From assembly GCA_965112155.1 (NCBI GenBank), contig OZ218098.1: a DNA stretch of 64,000 bases. The stretch is one strand, 5' to 3'. The stretch's first letter is position 1. The number at the start of each line of letters is the position of its first letter. Below, piece by piece: positions 13,971 to 35,071 of this stretch. Source of the stretch: Podarcis liolepis (lineage: Eukaryota). The notes beneath the pieces are model-generated. The model saw only the letters and a list, made by a program, of their open reading frames with translations. It searched no databases and was not told where the DNA came from. The position numbers were made by a program, and so were the translations under genes.

Positions 13971-14436
13971 GGTGGGCCCTCCCGACTCAACTCTTCTATC
14001 TGCTGTTCCCAGGCATGTCTCTCCCCGTACTGCTTTTCCCCTCCCCAACCAAAGAGGCCTCTAAATTCTGCAGAATAGGCTGGTGTACAGCTGTTGGTCT
14101 CTAGGGTTCTACTTCTGGATGGCTCTGAACTTTGCCTTTCATGTTGTTTTGGATTTTCTTCTTGGAGGAAGTAATTGAGTAAACTAGTTAATAGCAGCAG
14201 AAGTGTGAACAATGAATCTCTCCATCATCAAAGCAGAGGAACTGATTACAACGAATAACAGAAAAATGGAGTTAGAGTAAATACCCCCCCCTTTCCTTTC
14301 CTTTTGCTCCATTTTATAATAGCTACACCCCTTCATATTAATGAATCCCAATAAATGTATCTTTGTCTTCACAAAGTTTTTTTTTAAAGAGTTTTGTTCT
14401 GATATAATAGCTTGGAAGTCCCCCCCCTCCAAAATA

Positions 14437-14664
14437 CAGTGGGTACCTTGGGTTACATAACGCTTCAGGTTACAGACTCCGCTAACCCAGAAATAGTACC
14501 TCAGGTTAAGAACTTTGCTTCAAGATGAGAACAGAAATCGTGCTCCGGTGGCGCAGCGGCAGCAGGAGGCTCCATTAGCTAAAGTGGTGCTTCAGATTAA
14601 GAACAGTTTCAGGTTAAGAACGGACCTCCGGAATGAATTAAGTACTTAACCCCAGGTACCACTG
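14437..14664. mobile_element. Tc1/mariner-type MITE, family copy 1
   Basis: TA-flanked, TIRs CAGTGG(G)TACC...GGTACCACTG; near-identical to the copies at 34425, 47275 and 56414. Confidence 0.88.
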
Positions 14665-17524
14665 TATAGGGATTATTATATCAGGCAGTGTTCACCTGGC
14701 TGGTGCTTTGAAGTGCTGGAACACATTCAGTTGTTCCCTGAGTACATCGGGCACAACTAAAGGGTAAAAATGTATGTTCTGTATGTTAATAATAATAAAC
14801 AGAGTTGTCTGGTAGTCTGACTGGGAAACTTGCTTGGGTACATGCCTGAAGCAAATATTGAGTGCTACTAAACCTAGAGCAATTTCTACATTACGGAAAT
14901 AGGTAAAAAAAAAAAAAAATCCTCTGCACTGAAAAGAACCACGAATCTTCACAGTGAAACAAGTCATCAAACTCTCCAAACTGTAAATAGGACTTGGTGG
15001 CCAATATATTCTCCCCCCCCCCAGTGATTCCTAGTGTAAATAAAACACATTAAATATAGTTCCACAAACTATTTTAAGTCTGTAAATATGTTAAAAATGA
15101 AATATCCATGTGCAATGGGTTGAAAATTATAAATTTTGCCCCTTGGTTTGGTGTTTTGTTTTTTGGTTAATGCACAATTTTTCTGCTCTACTTGGCTCCT
15201 CTTGTTCCTTGGCTAGGGCACAGTACACAGATTGTGTCATCATTGTTCATAAAAGCACTTGTAATCAATGAGAATGCCATGGCAAATAACAGGAATTCTA
15301 AGGGAAACATGAGGAATACATGCAGCTTTTGCTATTTATCCAGTTATGTCTTTGGTTCAGTTGTTTTAGGAAGAGGTTGAAGAATGTATGAATCATTTGC
15401 AATTTATCAACTAGAGAAAAGCCTCACTGTGTTTGTTGTGCTACAGTAGCTTTTCCCCAACCCAGTGCCCAGTAGTCAAAAAGATCTGGAAGGCACCAGA
15501 TTGGGGGAGGCTGCATTATAACAAGAACGGTTTAAATATTGGGGAAACTATCAGACTCTGATGTAAGCTGCCAAATAGGAAAGCAGGACAGCCAAGCTCT
15601 TCGAGGCTTGTCTAGAAATGAATGGATCCTGTCCTTGGAGGGATGGTTTGGGAATGAACTCACTCCTCCTACAACATAGAGACGGGAGGGAGCAGATTGG
15701 TTAAATTTATTGAGCTGGAAGTGATCTGGCTTTCATAAGTAAGTTGACATTGAGGTTAGAAATGTACATGACACAAATGGCAAAATGCTTTGAAAGTACT
15801 GCAGTACTGTAATACAGCTGATTCATCTGGAGATGAGTCAGGAGAAGTGATACCATTACATATTAAAGTTAAAAATACCCCACCTTCAGCTGATGAGGGT
15901 GGTAACAAGCAAATATTTAGCTGTGAGCACATATGCTATAAAATGGTACTATTTAGGTGCTTAGAGAAAGCTGAGGATTTATTCTCTCACCTATTTCTGC
16001 ATTAATGAATTAATGGTGTCTTTTCCGTTAGATGTGGCACATTTGTTCACTTTCAGAGATAATGAAAGAAAGGTGGAAGCTGGAGAGCTCTAATTTCTCA
16101 ATTGAGCAACATCTATCTTGTTCCCCCCTTGGATTGAAGGCAAAATAAAATGTATGGTTGTCTGTAGAACTGCTGTGGACTGCATTCTGAATAAATTGGT
16201 ATCTGTTGGCAATACGAATTACAGTATCCTGAAACTAAGAAAATTATATGCTTAATGTTAGAGAAACATCTACGAAGTCATAGCTTTGGAGACGGGCTGG
16301 CTAAGCATATAAAGTCTAGTACAGATTTTTGAGGTACAGAAATATATTGGGCCCATATTACCGACTATCAGGAGCACAGAGGAGTGTTGAGTCTTTGATC
16401 TGGCAAACTGGTCTGTTTACATTGGAGACATCCAATATGGTTCCATATGCAGTTATTAACTGCTGGGAGATTTAAGAAGCTGAGTGTCCTGAAATCCCTT
16501 AGGTTGACTCTTCTCTGCCTCGCTGTTTTGCCAAGGTTTCTGGTGTGGAAATAAATGTCATCTCCTGCTTGGAAGATGTGTCACTTGTGGGACTGGAACA
16601 CTTGGCTAAATCTTCTCTGAAACTGGATCAGGCATTTGAAATAGGCATAGATTCCAAGGGAGAGGCCGGGAAATGCTCGTTCCTGGCTGCTTTCTCAACC
16701 AGGTGACTCTTCCTTAGGGAGTGCCCCCTGGACAAGGAAAAACACCCATTGCACAAGTGTGCATTCATAGGATTTACTTGCTGCTGTTCAGCACAAGAGC
16801 AACAGCTCCTTTGTTGAATACTAGCTTACCAAGCTCCTCTTCAAAAAGCATACTGTGTTTAAAAGCTTTACTGTGCCATAGCTGCAGCCCTCGAAGTGAA
16901 CTTTGGGTCACTCCAAAAGTGTGAGTACTAGTGTTTCTTTGTGTGTCATCTTAAAGGCCCAATGGATTAACAGCAGGTGGCGGCAATGCAAATCTTAAAA
17001 TTTAATCTAAGCGGTACAGGTATTTCCTGTTGCTTTGCTTTTTTCTTTACTGAATGATGATATGTTTCTTGCTTTTTGTTTTCTTTGTTATTGGTGTCTG
17101 ATTTGTTTTGCGTGCAATGTACCTTTGTTGGTTTGATTATATTATATTAAGTCTCAATAATACGTTGTAAAATCTAAACTAAGATTATTTATAATTGAAG
17201 TTGATACAGAACAGTCTCTGCTCCTCACCACAAAGTTTGTCATTAGCTCTTGGTGGCTATTGCTCAGTCACTTGTGCTCACATCCTGGCTAGTATTGTAA
17301 GCAGGTCTTCTTGGGACACAAGGTGGCAGGGAAGATAGAGAACACAGCGAGGACCTGGAAAGGTTTCTTGTTTTGGAATCCACTTTCTCAGAGGTCTACT
17401 GAAAGCTGGCTTTATTCTTGTTTATTTGCAGAATAATTAATATTAATAGAATACTAATGACTGTGGGTAATGTGGTTTCAATGGAGTGAATGAGAAAATA
17501 TTCCTGAAGTATGAAAAGAAAGTA

Positions 17525-17693
17525 CCGTATTTTTCGCTCTATAACACGCACCCGACCATAGCACACACGTAGTTTTTAGAGGAGGAAAATCCGTAGGCAT
17601 GCCACCCGTAGGCATTTCCTCCATAACACGCACAGACATTCCCCCTTACTTTCTAGGAGGAAAAAAGTGAGTGTTATGGTGCAAAAAATACGG
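17525..17693. mobile_element. Tc1/mariner(pogo)-type MITE
   Basis: TA-flanked TIRs CCGTATTTTT...AAAAATACGG. Confidence 0.75.
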
Positions 17694-20600
17694 TAAGTAA
17701 TGAGTAGGTAGAGGGTCCTGCAGGTCCCAAGTAGAACCATGTCAGGCTGGATCCCTTACTCCAGTTTGGAAACACTGGAACATGAGATTATCCCAGTTGA
17801 CAAACCTCATTGGACTTTGAGCCCCAAGTCCCGTAAAGATTACCTCTACTTGCTGATGTGCTGCGTGTTTAGATGTAACATAGGGTAATAAAATACATTA
17901 GCTTTTATCTGGTCACAATAGGTTGGATACCCCATGGGCAGCTTGTCTGTTGGTGTGTGCTGCTGCCAACCACAGAGGCACCGAGTGGTCCTGTTGGTGG
18001 AAAAGCTTCAGAAGGTTGCACTTTTCTTAAACTTCCACTCAAGTGCCCAGGCACCACCTGGGTGTATTGAAGGGTGGTGCACAGGGAGAGGTTCTGTTTT
18101 CAGTAAACCTATACAGGTGGATAATTTATAGCCAGGCTTCCTGGAATGTGTGGGCATGTGATGACAGCAGTCCATATGTTTCAAAGCTATAGGTCAAATA
18201 ATTCAAGTAATGAGGAATTCCCCCCCCCCCTTAAAATTCTGGCTTGTTCTGTGTTTGCCTCCCAACACAAACATTCTCAGCTTTCACTCTAGAAACTGAA
18301 GAACTAGATGCTTTAATTTGTTTGATTTGGCATCTTAAAGTCATTTAAATAACCCCTGAGCTGCAGATTCTGGACTATGTTTCTTGTGACTTTGGTGTTA
18401 CAGAATGGTAGCCTTGGACCTAGAGTTTGTATGTTCAAAAAACAAAAGAAACTCACAGACAGAGAGAAAGTGCTTATAATTTGAGAGGGAGGAGGGTGTT
18501 GGAGGGGCATAATTACTATAGTTAGAGAAACTCAATCCACTGTAGAGGAGTTAACCTTTCCCAAACAAGTTCTTAAAGTAAAAACAAAATGACCCCCATA
18601 GGTCACTCCTACAGTAACTTGACTTCTTAATTATTACACTCTGGGCTCTCCCTAGTTTAGCTCGCAAGGAATCAGCAGTTGTGTTGATGCGTTTAATAAC
18701 TTAAGTGGTCCCTGTATGAGCATCCCCACATGGTGCTGTGCATAAGTCAATATACATTCTGCCTTCAGAAGTTTGCAGCATTGCTTGGGGCCCAGTCGGA
18801 GCAAATCCAGCTGGGTAAACTTCATTTCCTAGCCTTTCAGATAGAAGAAATCACTTGTTGACTCAAATTATGTGGAAGCTGAATTTTGATTGTCCAAAGG
18901 CTATTTATTGTTCAATGAGTGTTGTTTTTATTTAAAAATGAGATGCATCTTTGAAAACCATAAATAAGCATCATTTTTATCTTGGCTGTAGGATGCCCAG
19001 AGGAGGAAGTCAGGCAGATTAATTGGGGCAGGTGGGAGAGCTGGGCTGTGGGCCAGTGCTGCCTGGACAGGAGATCCATGTTTGTGTTGGCTCCTTCCGG
19101 TTGGTGAGGAGCTGTTGCTTTGTACAGCTGTCCTGACTGGGCCTTTTCATACCACCCTGGTACTTCTAAACTCTGGGGTAATATCTTTTTACAGTAGGAC
19201 TTGGCATATTTCCAGTATATTTGCTAGAGATTGACACCTTGGATTGCAGGGGGTAGCTGCTCCTGTTGCTATATTTGAGGCTGCCCCTCCCTAGATTCTG
19301 CTGAAACTGAGAAGTACACTCTGGGTGAGAGGGATTTCTTAGTTGTCAGATGCAGTAGCTGTATTTGAGTTAGGCCAGTGAGAATTGGCTACAAAGCTGC
19401 GTTGACTCCACTTTTTCCAGTGTACTAAGCAAGCACTTTAAGAACCTAGAGACCTCCCTTCCATCCCTTGGCATCTGACAGCCTTGTGTTTGGGTATGTA
19501 AATCTGTAACAAAACTGGGACTCTTAAAATGTGTGTGAGGGGAAAGTGAGCCTAGTTAGTTGGGATGGAGTTTTTGGGCTTGCTTGGTAGCTGATTTAAC
19601 TTCCTTGGTGGTCAGGTGAGCTAGGGCTGTTAGAGTTTTCAGTACCTAAACCAGGAGCATGCATTTTAAAAACGCTTTCCCACGTAACAGGAGAGGGCTG
19701 ATGTGGCAACATAGCAGTGGCTTAATCTCCTCCTGTTTGGGTGCCAGTTTTTCTCTTAAGGATCTCTCGGAGCATTCAGTATCATGGAAACTATTGCCAC
19801 AAGTGTTTGAAGGGAGGATGAAACCCAGTCCTTTGTGCCATGGGAGCTCTGCCTTGCCATGGGAGCAAGTTGGATACCTTTCCAGGGTGTGGGGGAGCTT
19901 TTTATAGCAAGGAATGTGCAAGAGGCAATGAGCAACAGTCAAATATGTCCATCAGTCATTAACCATGAGCTAACCTTTATAGTGAGCTATGATAATGGAA
20001 TCCTCCTGTCACCAAAACAAGCTGTGGAGGGTGCCTGGGAACCTCTATTTTTGCTGTATATACATTACATGCATGCCAGCTGAGACCACTGACACAGTCT
20101 TACTAGAATTGTAGTGACTAGATAAGCATGTGTATATTGCCGAGTGAATATCTAGGAAAGTGAGACTGAGGAGGTGGTTTTAGGGTAGCATGACCAGTGC
20201 ACCAGAACAATGCTATAGGACAGAGCACAAGAGGTGGGGGTGCCAGGTGCCACTAAAATTTGAGAGCCCAAAGTCTGCCACTGGAGGCTGCTAGGGTGAA
20301 AAGTGAGCAAATGCACTACAGTGTTGCCACTCTTGTGGTGGTAAGATATAACTATGGTCTGCTTAAACCCAAGAGCTCAAGCGCTGACAATATTATTTTG
20401 TTCTGTTAAACAGCTTGGTAAGTTCTTTTCCTTCCAGAAAGGGAACAAACAAAAGTCCTTTGATAATACCGTAAGAATCAAGGCAGTCTGCAGAACCTTG
20501 GAGATTGACTGATGACATTAGCTTTTTGTAGGCAATGTAGTAATTCTGAATATTACATAGGGGCTTGGGTGTACTGAAATGACACATCTAGTCCCTTAAA

Positions 20601-21083
20601 AATCTATATACAGTCTTCCTCAGTGGATTCAGCTGTTGCAGGAGCAGCTTCCAGATTTCTCCCCTGGGACAGAGATCCCTTACCAGAGATGCCTCCCACA
20701 CTCCTGAGTGTGAACTGAATTGGAAAAGTAGGCAGCTGGGGTGAATGTGCCTTTGTACACTTGGGCATGTCCCAGTTTGGCCCTAACCCAACTCCTCCCA
20801 GCATTACGGAAAAGACTTGTCCTGTAAGTACTTTGTGCTGCTAGTGGTACTTGTATGTGAAGATTCCCCCACAAGGAACCAGAAGGCCTACCTTATTCTT
20901 GTCCCTGTAGATAGTGACCAACATTCCTATATAATGGGGCTAGCCTGTTTGGGTTTGGATGACACTCTACTTTTCAGTGTCTCATTGGAATTGCCATGTT
21001 CTGCTACACATACAGTTATTTTGCTTTTCTTCCCAGCTGCTCCAAAATCTGCAAAAATTCTCTGCTGCAAGGAAACCAGAGTG

Positions 21084-29930
<8,847 letters not shown>

Positions 29931-30113
29931 TTGCTTCCTCCCTTCCCCCTTAAGGTGTGCACCCTGCAAGCATTTTCTCCAGAGGTCACCAAATCAGTGG
30001 CCTCCAACTTGCATCAAAAACCATGAAAACAATCTGGAACTTTCTGAGGACACTCTTATTGTAACCAATGCTTCCTTTTAAACATCTAGAATTATGGTGA
30101 TGATTTTTTTTCT

Positions 30114-30119
30114 AATAAA
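30114..30119 (+). terminator. Proximal polyadenylation signal of PACSIN3
   Basis: AATAAA about 180 nt after the stop codon. Confidence 0.55.
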
Positions 30120-30990
30120 GGTATATAAAATTTTCTGAATCCTGTGTGCTATAATGGAATAGAAGGTGGAAAACGCCCCGTAAAATGCAAAGCACCCAAA
30201 CTCCTTTCCTCTTCTGTGCAGCGATTCCAACAAGCCTATTGTCTGCCAGCTGAATAAGTAGCAGTTGCTCTAAAAACGAACATTAAAGGATAGTTAGAAG
30301 CCAACTGTGGAATGGCAACTCTCCGACAGCTTATTCCTAGGCAAGAGTCAAACTAGCCATCTCAATTGCACCCCAACTACCTGTCTAGCAACTATATTAC
30401 ATAAGCTCCTATCCCAACTGCTGAATCTGTTGATAGTTTGCAGTACTGACTTCATATGGAAGCAAGGTATTGAAAACTATGCTGTTAAGAAGCGCAACTA
30501 GGATCTGATATTACTGTTACAGGACAAACCATAGTATCCTTCAGTATAGTCACATTGATTAGATGGAAAGCACTCAAATAGGCATTATGCTTGTGGTAAC
30601 AGATGTACATCAACTATACATGTGGGGCTCCTGTGCTACATCAGGATAGTTGTGCTAGTGGTGTTCAGAACCACCCAAGGAAGGTTTGCACAGGATGAAC
30701 GGCATAGCATTTCAGCCTATAATAGACTGACTGCTAAGAACTGCCTTTGCCTCACTTCTTCACATGCCCCATGGAGCTATTTTTACAGAGCACCACTGTT
30801 AGGCAGTGGACCACTTTGGGTCGGGTCCTCAGCAATCTTGCAAGAAGTTGCAAGGATCACTTGCTGTAGTTGGTGTCTTTTATGTAGCAAACGTGCTTTG
30901 CCTTGGGGTTGAAGTTTTGCAACAGGTGCAAGTCTGTTGAAATATGGAGTGCAGCTGTTGCAACAAGTAATCGCTCTCATTCCTGTGCTG

Positions 30991-30996
30991 TTTATT
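30991..30996 (-). terminator. Candidate polyadenylation signal of the THAP9-like gene
   Basis: AATAAA on the minus strand about 630 nt after the stop codon. Confidence 0.45.
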
Positions 30997-31317
30997 GACC
31001 TGGCCCAAGGCTTCAGCCACTTGGTGCTGGACTTTGCTTCTTGATAGCCAAAGGTCAAGAGTTATGTTCTAATCTGGGCTGCTGCCTCAGCTTTGCTTCT
31101 ACAGACCAGAGTGGGGTTGGTAACAAAAGCGATTGGGGAGGGGGGGAAGTCCCAATTGGGGGGACTAGTTGGAAAAAAGGCATATGGTTCTTAAAACTCC
31201 AGAGCTGGGACTGCACAACAAAGGAAGCCATGATAAGTCTGTAAGCGAAGTTCCAATATCCACTCGGGGAAACAACTTTATAAGGACCAGCTTTGCCAAT
31301 GTAAATAGGATACCAAT

Positions 31318-31385
31318 ATTCCTGCACTGCGGGGGGTTGAACTAGATGATCCTTGGGGTCTCTTCCAATTCCACAATTCTGTGAT
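31318..31385 (+). mobile_element. CR1 LINE 3' end fragment
   Basis: GGTTGAACTAGATGATCC...CTTCCAATTCCACAATTCTGTGAT resembles the CR1 3' terminus. Confidence 0.6.
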
Positions 31386-31626
31386 CCCCATGCTGTAAGC
31401 CCTGCAAAAATGCTTCCCAAAGGCACACACACATCACTTTCATGTGAAAAGTTAGAATGACCTTCTTGCATGTCAGTTCCGCATGGACCTCCCTGCCTGT
31501 GTCTGCTCCAATAAAAAAGCCAAGTGCAAAGCAGTCTCGTAGTTTTCTACCAGCTTGCAGCATATCATAAGCTACCACTTCTCTTACAAGGCCATGTAAA
31601 CATAAGCATTCAGCTTCCCACCACCT

Positions 31627-33571
31627 TCAAATAGGCACGAACCATTCCATAAGTCCACGCGTTTGCTGAGGCCAGTCCCTGCTGGGGCCATTCACATTCC
31701 CTGTCTTGTGCTTACCATTAGCCACTTTCAAAGAGCTGCTACATTCATGAGTCGGAGGGTTGGACAACTGCCCTTGCCCTGCCTCAAGCCACAGTTCCAA
31801 GAAGGTTCGCACAAGCTCCTGCAGCAGAGTGACGTAATGGTTGGAAACCACAGCGTTGCTCTCAAAGAGGTGGTTGCCCAGGGATGAGAACAGACTGGGC
31901 TCCTCACTCACATCTGCCAAGATGGCCAGCTGCCGCGCCAAGAACCCGCGGTGGCTGGAGTCTCCAAGGAACAAGGAAGGCAGGCCAACAACCTGCTTTG
32001 CTCGGCGGATCACCTTTTGTACGGACTCTGCCGGGAGGTACTTTCTTCCCTTGCTCTCCACGCACAGCAGGGCACTGCCCGCAGGCACACCCTTACAAGG
32101 GCACAAGAGGGCAGCGCGGCATTCGGCGCAGGAGAGGAGGGGCAGCAGCTTCCCCAAAACAACCCAGGAAATGCAGGCAATGGCGTCTTCCTCCAACTCG
32201 GCCAGAAAGGCTGGGGCTATGCCCTGTGTCTCTCGTGGAGGCCCAGTGCCCCGAGGCCAGTGCCAGATCTGCCCGCGAGCCAGAGGCCAGGAAGCCTGCA
32301 ACTGGAGGTTAGTTCTTCTGCGTAAGGATATGTCAAGCAGGTTTGGTGGGTCGAGGCCCAGACCAGAAAGAGCTCTGTTCAAGACAAGCCTGTATGCCTG
32401 CTGGAAGGTCCATGCGGGGCCAACACCTTTGTGCCCACGGGCTTGCTGTATGGCTCCCCTGCACCACTCCAGAGGGTCCAGGCTCCACCAACAGGACATC
32501 AAAGAAGTAGTGGGCTCGTCTTCTGCCTGTAGATGGGTCTGCGCCAGCCACTGAAAGCTGCGCAGGTTCACCAGGAAGCCAATGAAGCCCCATCGATGCC
32601 TGCTCAGCCCTACCAGCTCCCCGGTGGCAGTGCGGAGTTTGCGAAGCAGGTTCTCATACTCGTTGCAGAGGTTGTTGAGGGCGCTGGCACTAGCTTGGGA
32701 GAGGGGTGCCTTGAAACCTTTCCCATAGATGCCGCAGCTGCTGCACGCGTCAAAAATGGCACTCAGCAGCCCGATAAAGTGGGCGGTGGCTTCATGACCC
32801 TGAAATTGAGGCAGGCCGAGCCTCGCTGCAAAATGCAAGGCCTGAACCGTGCCCTCGCTGAACAACTGCGTGGCCCCATTTCCCCACACTTGCTGTTTCT
32901 GCGGGCTGATCGCTCCGGCCTGGCATGCCGCCCGGAGCACCACTTCTTCCTGCAGAGCCCCGAGATGCAGGAGGTAATCCCAGCAGACCGCCTTGCCGCT
33001 CACCTGGAGGCTGCCGGCGGCTTGTAGCAAGCGGTGGATCAGCGTCAACAAATGGCTGGGATCGAAGTAGTATGCTATTTCCAGCGTAGGAGTAGCTGGA
33101 TGGAAAAATGTGGACTTGACAAAGAGGCCGTCCACCACCACTCCCAGCCGCCTGGCTGTCTCGATATTGGGAGCTGTGGCATCAGACGTCACAGAGACCA
33201 CCTGCACGCCAATGTCGTACAGTTTGAGGATACAGTGGCATAGGAGCTGGGCTTGTATGTCCCCTCTAAGGGTGGCAAGGAGGAAGTAGCCAACAGGCAC
33301 TATCCACCGGCCTTGGAATCCAACAGCCACAAAGAGGAGGGCTTCTCCGGCTGCCGAAACCTCATCCGCATCATATTTACCAGCACCAAAGTCCATCAAA
33401 CCGTGCAAATGCCCGGTGGAAGGGTCATAGTGGCTTCTCCTTTCCAAAGGGATTGAGCCCATAAGGAGAGAGCACAACTTGAAGGTTTTCTCCCCTGCTT
33501 GAGATCTCTCCGCCAGAGCATTGAAGGCTTGTTGGCTGAATCCCGGTTCGTAATCCAGGTTTGAGAGCCAC
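31627..33571 (-). CDS. THAP9-like exon 6 (transposase core and C-terminus)
   Basis: Acceptor ccctcatag|G TGG; WLSNLDYEPGFSQQAF...CSLL...; 1945 nt open to TGA. Confidence 0.95.
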
Positions 33572-35033
33572 CTATGAGGGAAGAAGCATGGGAAAGAAAG
33601 CTAATCAGCTCCATGTTTGGTTCAAACAAAAATCTTTCTTCTACTGCCAAACTTCAGAGCCTGAGGATAGTATGTTTCTTTGCCCTCATGCTTAAGAAAA
33701 ATCAAAGCATGATGTTACTTTCATAAACTATTTTAGGCCATGCTTGTGCTAGAGGGCCTGAGAATAGTTCCACATGGGAAGGCAGAGCTTGCATCAGTTC
33801 TGCTTATATACTCTAGTTCTCTTTGCAGTATTTGAAATCCAGAAGAAGAAAAAATCTCCCATAAACCATCAGGTGAGCTTGAAAGCCTGTTTTCTTCCCA
33901 ACACACCAAATCATCCATGTGGTTTCCTTTAGGCTAACAGTGCATTTGGCACAGTTTGTGTGGGTCACTCTTAGGTTGCTTCCCAATGGGCTCCTAGTGC
34001 TATCTAATTGTTGCCTTTCTGTGAACTACAAGCAGAGTAACAATTGACTTTCCATAGTACAGGGCACTTTGTGCTTTTCCCACGTGTACATCCCCACCAC
34101 ACTGTGTCCACCACTCTCTACACCACTATTTTATGAGTCCATTTTTAAACACCTATATTTTAATTATCACTGAAAGATGTTTCTGGCTCTTGAAATTAAA
34201 GAGGCACATCATTATAGCACGGTACTTTGATTTTGCCAAGTGCCGGTTGTGTGGTTCTGTGATACACGTGCCTTTGCTATGTCTGCTTTTCTTGATGTTT
34301 CCATAGTCCAAAGTTGTTTTCCCAATATCTGGGCTCTCACAGAATAGCAGAGTACGTTTTCTAGTGACACATCTGATTTTAGTGTTTTAACTGATTTTTA
34401 CCATTTTGCATTGTATCTCTTGTACAGTGGTACCTTGGGTTACAGACGCTTTAGGTTACAGACCCCGCTAACCCAGAAATAGTACCTCAGGTTAAGAACT
34501 TTGCTTCAGGATGAGAACAGAAATCGCACGGCGGCAGCGGGAGGCCCTATTAGCTAAAGTGGTACCTCAGGTTAAGAACAGTTTCAGGTTAAGAACGGAC
34601 CTCCAGAACGAATTAAGTTCTTAACCCGAGGTACCACTGTAAACCACATAGAGACTATTGTAATTAAGTGGCACGTGCGTCTTATGATATTTTTTAGCTT
34701 ATTTCTTTGGTGCCACTGAGTGTTTGGATGGATGGGAGAAGACCAACCAATTCAGACTATCTTTCTTAGGTTGCAATCCTAGATGTATGTATGTGGGACA
34801 GAGAGAGAGAGAGAGAGAGATCATACTTTTTTTGAGAGAGCAAGACATATTTCTGAGAAAACCTTTAGAGGCTTGCAGTGATGCTTATACCTACAAAGTC
34901 TAGTTTTATCAACTAGCACAGCTGTTTCCTTTTCCTTGTGAATTGTCCATTCCTCTGCTTCCTTTTGCTAATAAATCTGATCTTACTTTAACCTCCAGTG
35001 GATGAAAAGCTTAACTTCTCTCTCTCTGTGTGT

Positions 35034-35071
<38 letters not shown>

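Noticed and set aside
31663-33456. Plus-strand ORFs of 67-237 aa
   Set aside because: Antisense shadows of the GC-rich THAP9-like exon.
31627-33477. 616-aa ORF as a stand-alone autonomous transposon
   Set aside because: It begins at TTG inside an exon with a proper acceptor, joins upstream exons in frame, and no TIRs or TSD are visible.
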